Under the pieces are notes generated by a model. It worked only from the letters and a program-made list of their open reading frames with translations. It was not told where the DNA came from and did no database searches. A stretch of 62,544 bases of DNA, the filler included, from Candidatus Zapsychrus exili (GTDB lineage Bacteria > Omnitrophota > Gorgyraeia > Zapsychrales > Zapsychraceae), in the NCBI GenBank assembly GCA_030765585.1. It is 5 parts of 5 records of this genome, joined end to end, with 100 filler letters (N's around TTAATTAATTAA, not from the genome) between each part and the next. Parts side by side here need not be neighbours in the genome. Positions count along the whole stretch, not along the records: positions 36,010 to 52,793 come from JAVCCJ010000078.1; positions 52,894 to 59,413 come from JAVCCJ010000038.1; 3 more parts are not named here. One strand, given 5' to 3'. Both the position numbers and the translations under genes were made by a program. Positions 49,316-58,530 of this stretch are shown piece by piece. Every line of letters starts with the position of its first letter. Position 1 is the stretch's first letter.

Positions 49316-49689
49316 TGTCATTCCAGTTTTTTTGGCGTGAGCCAAAAAAACAGGAATCTCCTTTTAAAAATCCTCAGATAAATCTCTCCATTGTGAATTA
49401 ATTTTATTAATTTCCCTATCTTTAATTTCTCTTTTCCACTTTTTCATTTGCTTTTCTTTTAATATAGCGCCTTCAATGCATTCTGTGTGCTCAAACCAAA
49501 CTAATTTATCGCAATTGTATTTCTTGCTGAAACCATCAACCAACTTGTTCTTGTGCTCATATACTCGTCTTTCTAAATTATTTGTTACACCGGTATAAAG
49601 AACATTATTATGTTTATTTGCTAGCATATAGACATAATAATCATTGTCTCTCATATCTTTAAGGGATTCCTGCCTTCGCAGGAATGACA
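49316..49689. mobile_element. GIY-YIG gene enclosed by a GTCATTCC/GGAATGAC palindromic repeat pair (candidate autonomous REP element)
   Basis: Terminal IR TGTCATTCC (49316-49324) / GGAATGACA (49681-49689); each end forms its own ATTCC..GGAAT hairpin. Confidence 0.6.
49364..49654 (-). CDS. Stand-alone GIY-YIG nuclease (UPF0213/COG2827-like)
   Basis: YYVYML, LYTGVTNNLERRVYEHK, AILKEKQMKKWKR and N.QWRDL. Start moved to ATG 49654. Confidence 0.93.
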   Translation of the reverse strand: MRDNDYYVYMLANKHNNVLYTGVTNNLERRVYEHKNKLVDGFSKKYNCDKLVWFEHTECIEGAILKEKQMKKWKREIKDREINKINSQWRDLSEDF

Positions 49690-49759
49690 ACGGAAGTGAA
49701 ACATATATTCTTTCCTTCTTATTTCTACCTTCTACCTTTTGCCTTAGATTTAAAGGGTT

Positions 49760-50732
49760 TCACTCTTTAAATCCATAGGTGCTGTCGATAATATAATTGG
49801 GACGTTTTTTTGTTTCTTCAAAGATGTTGGTAAGATAAAAACCTATTATTCCTAAGCAGAATAAAATTATGCTTCCTACAAAAAATATTGCAGCCACTAT
49901 TGATAGTACGACGGCATTGGCTTTAAACATAAAAGAAGCGATAAAAAAACCTATAGACGTCACTATCAAGAAAACCGCAAAAATTGACGATACTTGAAGT
50001 GGTGTTGATGAAAAAGATATTAAAGCGGATTCTAAGAAATTGCTTATAACTTTTAACCCGAACACAGAAAATTTTGTTTTGCCAGCTGCTCTTGGAGGAC
50101 GAACATAAAAAACTCGCGCTTGATTAAAACCAATCCAGCAAACAAGACCACGAATAAACGGCCTCTTTTCTTTAAAAGATATCAAATGATCAATAGCGCG
50201 ACGAGTTAGAAGCTTAAAGTCTCCTGTTTCAATAGGAATTTTTAAAGAACTTATACTATGAAGGATTCTATATCCTATCTTAGTTATAAGAAGCTTTATT
50301 TTGCCTTCACCTCTTCTTTTTGTTCTGACAGTATGAACCACGTCGATATTGTCACCCTTCTTCCAGGCGTCTAAGCTCTGAGATCAATTCTGGCGGATCT
50401 TGAAGATCAGCGTCCATATAGACGACTAAGTCGCCAGACGCTTTTTTCATTCCAGCTAAAACACAAGGAGATACACCAAAATTTCTTGACATATTTATTA
50501 TACGAATATCTTCTTTAGATTTATCTTGCTCCATCAAAACATTAACTGAATTATCAGTTGAGCGATCATTAACAAAAATAAGCTCATAATTAGATACTGT
50601 GCCTTTTTGCTGCTCATCCTTTAAAGCTTTTCTTGTTCTTGATATTAGCTGCGGCAGGACTTCTTCTTCGTTAAAAAACGAAAAGACAATAGACAGTGAA
50701 ACTGGAGTTTTTGGCTGGTTTACTTGTTCCAT
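49760..50732 (-). pseudogene. GT2 polyprenol-phosphate glycosyltransferase (ArnC/GtrB-like) split by one frameshift
   Basis: NEEE, DRSTD, SRNFG and DADLQDPP in 50352..50732 continue in another frame as DAWKKGDNIDVVHTVR...TGDFKL...FIRGL. Confidence 0.85.
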
Positions 50733-50863
50733 GATGTACTATTTACAAAATAAGCTCGCCTTTTAATTTTGCGGGCTCACAACTATTTTATTGAGCATAA
50801 GAATTCCTTTGGAATTCCTATACAATATCAATATTATTATTACAAGTCAATAGCAATACAAAG

Positions 50864-52303
50864 TTAACAATAATTCTTCTTATCTATGCGAAAAACTTGT
50901 GCTGCTAATGCGAAAAATGATTTAATCGATTTCTTAAATGGCCACACCCTCATATTCTGATAATTTCTTACCAAAAATCCAATAAAATCAAAGATTATAT
51001 TTGTTCGCCAATATATAAAATGTCTCACAATAAAACCTCTTAAAATTGGAGCACAATTAGCTACTGGAGCAAGTAGCAGGATATTTCTATGTATTTGCTT
51101 TTGCTTTTCTGTTACATGATTTAAACATGAGGATTGTTGCATACTTGTAGGCATCTCATCCTCAAGAAAGTCTTGATTATCAAGATAACCTTTTTCTTTG
51201 CATAAACGATACAACTCTGTACCTGGAAAAGGAGTAAAAACAGAAAAGCCAGAATAATATGGTCTACAATCAAGCGTGAAGTTCAAGGATTCCAAATCAT
51301 CTTTTAAAGTTGTACCTGGAAGTCCGAGCATCGTATTGCTAAATACTTTTATACCAAAATCATTGAAAATTCTAAAAGCATTTATCATCGCTTTATTTGA
51401 CACGCTTCTTTTTAGAACATCTTTTCTTAAAGCCTCATTACCTGCTTCTATTCCCATCATCACAGAATGACACCCGGCTATTTTTAATTTATTCACAAGA
51501 GCCTCTGTTACAAAATTAGGATTAATAAGAAAATAAAAAGGTATTGTTATTCGCTTAGAATATTTATCAACAAACTCATCTAGCCACTGATCATCTTTCG
51601 CAATAAAAACATCATCTCCAAATCTGATGAAATCTATCTCACTCTCTGCCTTTACCTTTTCTATCTCTCTAATCAAACTCTCAGGCGACCTTCTTCTTAA
51701 AATGCGACCCTTATCTCTATACAAATCGTTGTAGGCACTATTAAAACAATACCCACAAACATAAGGACATCCACGTGTTGCAAAAAATGTTTTCATTCGA
51801 ACGTGCTTAAATGGATATACGTCTTTTAACAAATTTCTATCAGAAAATGGGAGCTCATCTAAGTCTTCTATAAAATTCCTAACAGCATTCTTTTTGCTTT
51901 CAGTATGAACGTTTGGTATATCTGATAAACTTTCGCCTTCAGTTAATGCATTTATTATATCTACTATTGGCAAATCTCCTTCGCCTACAACGACAGCATC
52001 AATAGGCCAAGTGTCTACTATTTGTGGAAAATATGTCGGGTGCGGACCACCAACTATTATTTTAATGTGCGGCAGTTCTTTTCTTATATTTTCTGAAAGC
52101 TCTCTAAATGCCTTACTTTCAGTCGACATAATACTCAAAGCAACAAGATTGATTTCTAAGACCTTAATCTTCTTTATTATATTATCTTGATCAATTGATG
52201 CGACAAAGCTTTTAGCTCCAAGGGATTTTGTTATTGCAGAAAGTTGCAGAATGCCCATAGGCTCTACAACAGAGAAAGTTTTAACAACATATAGGATGTT
52301 CAT
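50864..52303 (-). CDS. B12-binding radical SAM protein
   Basis: EPMG, GGPHPT, GEG, TRGCPYVCGYC and GLPG. Confidence 0.93.
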   Translation of the reverse strand: MNILYVVKTFSVVEPMGILQLSAITKSLGAKSFVASIDQDNIIKKIKVLEINLVALSIMSTESKAFRELSENIRKELPHIKIIVGGPHPTYFPQIVDTWPIDAVVVGEGDLPIVDIINALTEGESLSDIPNVHTESKKNAVRNFIEDLDELPFSDRNLLKDVYPFKHVRMKTFFATRGCPYVCGYCFNSAYNDLYRDKGRILRRRSPESLIREIEKVKAESEIDFIRFGDDVFIAKDDQWLDEFVDKYSKRITIPFYFLINPNFVTEALVNKLKIAGCHSVMMGIEAGNEALRKDVLKRSVSNKAMINAFRIFNDFGIKVFSNTMLGLPGTTLKDDLESLNFTLDCRPYYSGFSVFTPFPGTELYRLCKEKGYLDNQDFLEDEMPTSMQQSSCLNHVTEKQKQIHRNILLLAPVANCAPILRGFIVRHFIYWRTNIIFDFIGFLVRNYQNMRVWPFKKSIKSFFALAAQVFRIDKKNYC

Positions 52304-52633
52304 TTTTTTAAAATTTGGTTAAGTGGTAGAGTGATAAAGAGGTACAGTGGTAAGATATGAGATATCTACAAATAAGGATATTTAAAAACTTAGCTATCTA
52401 GAAGATAGATATTTGAAAATTTGTGCATTTGAAAACTTTAAAATAATTTCCCAATAATCTAATATCCTAGCATCCTTCATCCTGATTTCCAAATAACCAG
52501 ATATCCTTTTTTAGATTGCTTCGTCGCCTTGATTAACCGATTAGCTTCTCGCAATGACAGCATTTTTTATTTTTTGCTTTCATTACCACTTTATCACTAG
52601 CCCGTTTTTAGGCGATACCTCTCTACCTCTCAT

Positions 52634-52793
52634 TTAATATTTCTTCACAAATACTTCTCTTATGGTCTGATAAAGAAATACAGCTCCCCAGCGCCAAATT
52701 TGAAGTTTGCGCTCTCCACCTATCCGCGCTGGTTCGTCGCCAGGTATTTCTGATATCTTTAGTTTTCTTCTAGCTGCTCAAATAGACAGCAAT
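52634..52793 (-). pseudogene. 3' fragment of a GT2 glycosyltransferase paralogous to 58531..59235, with an in-frame TGA
   Basis: LLSI*AARRKLKISEIPGDEPARIGGERKLQIWRWG aligns to LLSIRAAKRNLKVAEIPGDEPEREGGERKLQVMRWG. Confidence 0.8.
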
Positions 52794-52893
52794 NNNNNNN
52801 NNNNNNNNNNNNNNNNNNNNNNNNNNNNNNNNNNNNNTTAATTAATTAANNNNNNNNNNNNNNNNNNNNNNNNNNNNNNNNNNNNNNNNNNNN
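52794..52893. other. Artificial contig linker
   Basis: N run around TTAATTAATTAA. Confidence 0.99.
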
Positions 52894-53772
52894 ACTTCCT
52901 AAAGGATCAGAATCAAGATACACAGCATTAAAAACTCCGTTTATAGAAGCTAAAGGATGCTCATCAGATATTAGAGTTGGATGCACTCTGGCCTCGATAC
53001 CGCTCTCTTCTTTTTTAGCAATTGCCAAAAGTTTTATTTTGAGACCTAAGTTTTCGGCATATTCAATATCTTCATAAGATATTTGAGTTATGCCTTCAGT
53101 GTAGATGTCTTTTACTTTTATGAATTTTCCGAAAGCAAGGTATATCAATATTGCAAGTTTGTGAGCAGAATCCATTCCATTTATATCAAGAGTTGGATCA
53201 GCTTCTGCAAATCCTTTTTCTTGCGCTAGCTTAAGCGCATCAGCGAAAGTATAGCGATTTTTGCTCATCTCGCTAAGAATAAAATTACAAGTCCCGTTTA
53301 TAATTCCATAAATGCCATTAAACTTATTGCCAACAACACCTTCTGTAATGCTCTTTATTATAGGTATTCCAGCTCCTACGGAAGATTCAAAATATAGGTG
53401 GCAATTTTGTTTTTTAGCTAGCTGAAAGAGCTCTTTGCCAAAGCTAGATATTAAAGCCTTATTTGCAGTAATGACGTGCTTTTTATTTTGCAACGCTCTT
53501 ACAATAATCTCTTTTGCTGGATTTAACCCTCCGATAAGTTCAATTACGACATCTATTTTAGGATCGTCTACTATATCGTTAAATTTTGTTGTGAGGGATG
53601 TCTTTTTAAATCCCTTAGTATTTCTTTTAGATATTGCTATGTCACAAATTTTACTTACGACAAACTCTGCCTTAAATCTATTTTTTATATAGTTTTTTCT
53701 TTTAGCAAGTAGTTTAACCACTCCAGAACCAACGATTCCGTATCCTATTAAACCAATGTTTATTTTATTCAT
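52894..53772 (-). CDS. hom: Homoserine dehydrogenase, 3'-truncated
   Basis: GYGIVG, TANKA, GIINGTCNFIL and AQEKGFAEADPTLDING.D..HK. Start moved to ATG 53772. Confidence 0.96.
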
Positions 53773-54157
53773 GATCGTTTTCCCCTCCATTGACGAAAAC
53801 TTCTATCATTTTAGTTATCAAATGTTCTGCCTGTGGATTAAGGCTATCAAATTCTAATCTAGTTAGATAAAGAATATCTTTTAATTTTTCTCGTGACTCT
53901 AAGACAACGCCTTCTAAGTACGTTGTATCAGATAAGTATGGAGTCTTTAGCTCTACACCTATCTTTGTATCGGGCAAGAATGCTTTAGTTGTAATAAAGC
54001 AAATCCCCCCTTTGCTTATATTTTTAAGTTGGGTAATTTCTATTTTTTTATCAGGATTAGCTTTATCGAAATAAGTAAGTATAAAAGTTTTATTTATGCG
54101 TTGATATTTTCTGCGTTCTTTCCATTGATTTTCTTGGCTTTGAGCTTTTTCGTCCAT
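53765..54157 (-). CDS. Stand-alone PilZ domain protein
   Basis: RxxxR (RRKYQR) and NxSxxG (NISKGG) c-di-GMP motifs. Confidence 0.88.
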   Translation of the reverse strand: MDEKAQSQENQWKERRKYQRINKTFILTYFDKANPDKKIEITQLKNISKGGICFITTKAFLPDTKIGVELKTPYLSDTTYLEGVVLESREKLKDILYLTRLEFDSLNPQAEHLITKMIEVFVNGGENDHE

Positions 54158-54186
54158 TATGCCCTCTTTGCTTTTAAGTTTTTATA

Positions 54187-54263
54187 TGGTCGGAACGGCA
54201 GGGTTCGAACCTGCGACTTCTTGTACCCCATACAAGTGCGCTAGCCAACTGCGCTACGCTCCG
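54187..54263 (-). tRNA. tRNA-Pro(GGG)
   Basis: CGGAGCGTAGCGCAG..., anticodon arm CTTGT-ATGGGGT-ACAAG, GGTTCGAACC T-arm and encoded CCA. Confidence 0.96.
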
Positions 54264-54340
54264 TTGATACGTATTAGATATATAAACTATCTTTTTTATT
54301 ATTATAAGTAGTAATATAAATAATCTAAAAATTGGAGTTA

Positions 54341-54368
54341 ATTATACTATATTATGCGTGGTATGCAA
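54341..54368 (-). promoter_or_regulatory. Sigma70-type promoter upstream of tRNA-Pro
   Basis: Minus strand TTGCAT, 16-nt spacer, TATAAT. Confidence 0.5.
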
Positions 54369-54406
54369 AGGAAAAAAGTCTTATAGGTAAGAAGCTCTTT
54401 TTAAGC

Positions 54407-54583
54407 TTAAAATAGGCCTGCTGGAGGAAATGGAAGTTTGCCGACTATATCTACAACGCCCTGCAGTATTCCAAACGTCCCTTGTATTATGGCTGTAGGT
54501 AGCTGAAGCAAGGAACATCCAGATTGTGTTAAGATAATAACTACACAAAATATAAATATTGTTAAAGTATTCCTTTTTAGCAT
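54407..54583 (-). CDS. 58-aa putative lipoprotein (absent from the ORF track)
   Basis: MLKRNTLTIFIFCVVIILTQSGC lipobox followed by an amphipathic helix. Confidence 0.65.
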   Translation of the reverse strand: MLKRNTLTIFIFCVVIILTQSGCSLLQLPTAIIQGTFGILQGVVDIVGKLPFPPAGLF

Positions 54584-54638
54584 AATTGCGCTAATGAAAC
54601 AGAAGATGTCTTTTCTTTATTTAAATGGTAATCTTAGC

Positions 54639-55295
54639 TTAAGGCGCGTAAGCGGGATAGCAAAGATTGCTGCTGCATACAACTTGTAGTGCTCCCGAGC
54701 TACTTCCGTCGTTAACCCATAATTCACCACCAATAGTTGTTTTGCCGGAAATAGTTGTTGTGCCGGGAATCGTTACGGCACCGTCTTTTGTTATTTTTAG
54801 TCTGTCTGTTGCATTTCCAATTTTAAAATTGCTGTTCGCTTGAGCTGAAATTTGCCAATCATTATTTCTATTAGAGTTGTTGAATTTAATAAGGTTTGCG
54901 TTGCTTCCTTTGGCAGTTGTTGTTAAGGTTACGCTTGTGTTGGTAGCAGATTTTATTTCAAGCTCAGAAGATGGAGCCGTAGTGTTTATTCCAACTTTAA
55001 CATCCTTTTGAGTATCAACCAAAAATACGTCGTTAGCAACTTGTTTCCAAGCAAAAGCTGGTCCTGTATCCCATTGTTCAATTGCTCCGCAAATATGAAA
55101 GAAACCTTGTTGATCAACGTACATGGTTCCTGTGTCGCAGGCTCCGCTTAAAAGATTTTGCGGCATTAGGCGCACTTTACTATATACTCCAGAAGGAGAA
55201 GGGTAATATGTTTTGAGTGTAACTTGTCCCGCAAGTGCAGGCATAGCAATTAGTAATAAGAAAATTATTGAAAGTGTAAGTATTTTTAATTTCAT
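54639..55295 (-). CDS. Secreted small fibre-like protein (TYYPSP motif, VGINTTAP module)
   Basis: GGGAGG RBS before ATG 55295, signal peptide ending ALA, and a module related to the giant protein repeats. Confidence 0.75.
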   Translation of the reverse strand: MKLKILTLSIIFLLLIAMPALAGQVTLKTYYPSPSGVYSKVRLMPQNLLSGACDTGTMYVDQQGFFHICGAIEQWDTGPAFAWKQVANDVFLVDTQKDVKVGINTTAPSSELEIKSATNTSVTLTTTAKGSNANLIKFNNSNRNNDWQISAQANSNFKIGNATDRLKITKDGAVTIPGTTTISGKTTIGGELWVNDGSSSGALQVVCSSNLCYPAYAP

Positions 55296-55398
55296 AATGA
55301 TACCTCCCTTTAGTTTAAGTATATAATAACATAGTATATTTGACAATGTTATTAATGTAAATAAAAATTTAAACTATTTTTTAAAAATGAGTATATTC

Positions 55399-56406
55399 TT
55401 ATTCCGACTTCATCTTGCGCGTCATAAGATCAGATACAGCTTTAATTGGCTTCTTGTTCTTATAAATTATGTTATAAACCTCTGTTGTTATTGGCATTGA
55501 TACGTTATGTTTTTTGCTTAAGCGATATACCGCCTTAACTGTTTCAACGCCTTCAGCAATCATATCCATTGAAGACAAAATGTTTTTAACCGATTTTCCT
55601 TTGCCTATCTCTTCTCCTACATATCTGTTACGGCTTTTAAGGCTAGTACATGTTGTGACAAGGTCGCCTAAGCCGCTTAGTCCAGAAAAAGTACTTGTCT
55701 TGGCTCCTAAAGCTTTCCCAAACTCTGACATCTCTTTTAGACCCCTAGTTAGTATCGCAGCTTTTGTGTTTGTTCCAAAACCAAGTCCATCGCATACACC
55801 ACAAGCAATGGCTATAATATTTTTTATGCTTCCCCCTACTTCAACTCCAGTAATATCATTATTTGTGTAAACTCTGAAGTTTGATGAGGAAAATATTTCT
55901 TGGATATTTTTTGCTGTTTTTGAACTTTTAGATGCAACAACTGCAGTTGAGGGAATTCCTTTTGCAACTTCACTTGCTATCGTTGGGCCTGAAAGAACAG
56001 CAAACGGAATATTTCCAAGCTCTTTCTTAACAAGTTCAGATATTCTTAAAAGTTTTGATGTATCAATTCCTTTTGTGACGCTTAAGAAAATTTTATTGGA
56101 AAGGTCTATTTTTTTTGTTTTTATGTCTTTTAGAACTTTTAAAGTATATTTAGATGGAATAGCAAATACTATTAAGTCGGTGCTGTCAATAGATTCCTTA
56201 AGGTCGTGAGTTATAATAATCTTCTGCGGAATTTTAAAGCCAGGCAAAAATTTTGAATTGTACCTATTTTTATTTATTTTCTTTATATACTCAGGAAAAG
56301 GTCCCCACAGGTTAACAGAATTTCCTTTGCTTGATAAATGTATAGCTAAAGTTGTGCCCCAGCCACCATCTCCTATTACAGCTATATTGTTTATATTCTT
56401 TTTCAT
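55399..56406 (-). CDS. gpsA: NAD(P)H-dependent glycerol-3-phosphate dehydrogenase
   Basis: GDGGWG, LSGP, KNIIAIACG and GLGDLVTTC.S..SRN. Confidence 0.97.
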   Translation of the reverse strand: MKKNINNIAVIGDGGWGTTLAIHLSSKGNSVNLWGPFPEYIKKINKNRYNSKFLPGFKIPQKIIITHDLKESIDSTDLIVFAIPSKYTLKVLKDIKTKKIDLSNKIFLSVTKGIDTSKLLRISELVKKELGNIPFAVLSGPTIASEVAKGIPSTAVVASKSSKTAKNIQEIFSSSNFRVYTNNDITGVEVGGSIKNIIAIACGVCDGLGFGTNTKAAILTRGLKEMSEFGKALGAKTSTFSGLSGLGDLVTTCTSLKSRNRYVGEEIGKGKSVKNILSSMDMIAEGVETVKAVYRLSKKHNVSMPITTEVYNIIYKNKKPIKAVSDLMTRKMKSE

Positions 56407-56595
56407 TTCTATTCTTTTATATAAATATTTTTTATTTATTGTAAATCCTAAGCTCTAAATCCGAAATTCTAAACAAATCCAAAATTTAAATGACAAAAAT
56501 TTTAAACAATATTTTTAATGTTTAAGCTTTTTGTGTTTTAAGTTTATCTCGAGTTTAGGATTTCAAATTTTTATATTTATTATTATATGGGATTA

Positions 56596-58509
56596 TTATT
56601 GATTGGCAATAACTTTAAACAAGGAAAATATTTCGTTTGAATAAATATGTTTTAGGATGCTGTTGTCTTCTTTCGGGGCGGCATATCTCATAAAAACAAT
56701 ATAATCTACATTGTATTTTAGTATAGCGTTTTTAATCGCACTAGCTGTAGATTCTTTTACTAAGAATTTAAAGTTTTTGATGTCCCTTATCCTTTCTTTC
56801 CATGAAAGAGTTGCTGGATAATCAAACCCAATAATTCCACAGTCTCTGTATGATGCGATGATTTTTCTTTCAGATAAGATTCTAAACCCTCCCATTTCAA
56901 GGTTGTACGGGACAAGTAGCAGTGAGTCTTTGGGAGTATTTTCCCTTACTATTTTTTGCATATGTTCCCAATTTCTTTGCATTTTCCAAAAGCCACCACC
57001 ATGATTTTCTTTATTAACTCTTATGTGCTTATAGTGAGTAAATTGTATAAAAAAGATAACAAAAGGAATGATAATAAATAAACGTCGTAGTATTAGATAG
57101 TATTTTTTATCTTTTATAAAATAAAAAGTAGTATAGTTTGCCAAGAATAGTGCGCCTATTGATGTGTACATCCATTTTGCCGACAAGACAGTAAAAAACT
57201 TTTTAAAGATCGAAATTATTATAATTATAATTATGGTAGCTACAAAAGAAGATAATCCTGCGTAGATGTATTTTGCCTTATTGTTTTGCTGCAATGTTTT
57301 TTTGGATAAAAGTATGAATATTAACGCAAGAACGGAAAGTATCTTCACGGATATATCAAATTTTAATAGACAAAAAAGAATTGCGAACAGTATGCATAAG
57401 AAGCGATTTCCTTTTTCTATTGAATCGATTAATAGGATGGTTGTAAATCCTGAAAGTAAGAATAAGAGAAATTGCATTGCACGAGTTAAATTTAGGTCAA
57501 TTGCAAATTTACTTGGATAGAAATATGTAAAAATAAGACATCCTAAGAGTAGTCCAAAACAAGTTGCGCAAAATATTCTAGCTTTTTTGTTTTCTCTAAA
57601 GTTATTGTTGAAAAAGAAGTTTACGATAAATAATGCAGCTAAGAATATATAGTGTTCAAGCGCATAATATAAGACATTTATGTCTCCTATTAACTTCTCA
57701 AATGGAATTTGTGGAAATTGGCTGAAAAAGAAATTTTGAGGACATGCTGAAATAAAAAGTGGTAGCCACTGTTCTTGGCTTGTCGAAGGAATTAAGTGTT
57801 GGGGGAATAATCTGTTTCTTAAAACCCAGACTATAAAGGGTAAACTCGTTATTATAAATGCAAGAGAAGTTTTTATAAGTGTATATTTTCCGTATTTCTT
57901 AATTTCGCATGTTAGGTATATTCCTATAAATAACATTGGAAATAAACTATATAGTCCATGGAAATTTGCTACTAAACCTAGAAGAAATGCTGCTAAAACA
58001 AATCTATTTTTAAAGAAATAATATATGCCTGCAAAAATAAAGGCAAGAGCAAATTCTTGATGAGAAAATGTTCTATATAGAAACTCCATTACAGGAAGTA
58101 TGAGAATAAATACTAAGCTGCAAGAGAATGCCTTGAATTTGCTTTTTGATAAAAGGAGCCATATTTTATATATCCAGAAAAATAAGAAGTAGCGAGAAAT
58201 AAGATATAAGAAGAAATATGTTTGCGGTATTTGTTTGACTGTTATAAATTTGCTAAGTATTGGATAAAAATAAGAAGGAAAATTTATTTTTAGGCTTTCT
58301 ACATAGTAGTCGCCTGTGTAAAGACTGTTGTCAATTAAGCTTTTAAGAAGAGGTATTTCTAGGTGTTGGTCATCCCAGCCATATTTGTAGCTAGTCGTAG
58401 AAAGAAAAATAACTAAAAGGATTATAGCTATAAACCAAGGCGACAGTATAGCTTTTAAAATCTTATCTTTAGATGTTATATTTTGTAGACGCGATAATAA
58501 ATTATTCAT
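56596..58509 (-). CDS. Large polytopic membrane protein, possibly GT-C-like (DUF6798-like)
   Basis: Many TM segments; YGWDDQH...LY.GD loop and C-terminal TPKD...P...FR..SER...W.ER domain. Confidence 0.65.
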   Translation of the reverse strand: MNNLLSRLQNITSKDKILKAILSPWFIAIILLVIFLSTTSYKYGWDDQHLEIPLLKSLIDNSLYTGDYYVESLKINFPSYFYPILSKFITVKQIPQTYFFLYLISRYFLFFWIYKIWLLLSKSKFKAFSCSLVFILILPVMEFLYRTFSHQEFALAFIFAGIYYFFKNRFVLAAFLLGLVANFHGLYSLFPMLFIGIYLTCEIKKYGKYTLIKTSLAFIITSLPFIVWVLRNRLFPQHLIPSTSQEQWLPLFISACPQNFFFSQFPQIPFEKLIGDINVLYYALEHYIFLAALFIVNFFFNNNFRENKKARIFCATCFGLLLGCLIFTYFYPSKFAIDLNLTRAMQFLLFLLSGFTTILLIDSIEKGNRFLCILFAILFCLLKFDISVKILSVLALIFILLSKKTLQQNNKAKYIYAGLSSFVATIIIIIIISIFKKFFTVLSAKWMYTSIGALFLANYTTFYFIKDKKYYLILRRLFIIIPFVIFFIQFTHYKHIRVNKENHGGGFWKMQRNWEHMQKIVRENTPKDSLLLVPYNLEMGGFRILSERKIIASYRDCGIIGFDYPATLSWKERIRDIKNFKFLVKESTASAIKNAILKYNVDYIVFMRYAAPKEDNSILKHIYSNEIFSLFKVIANQ

Positions 58510-58530
58510 TATGTTGATAGGTGGGTAAAA

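Noticed and set aside
52778..52780. In-frame TGA at a conserved Arg as stop-codon reassignment or selenocysteine
   Set aside because: recJ, thyA and other genes end in TGA, and the site is about 13 nt from a contig end. A point mutation or error is simpler.
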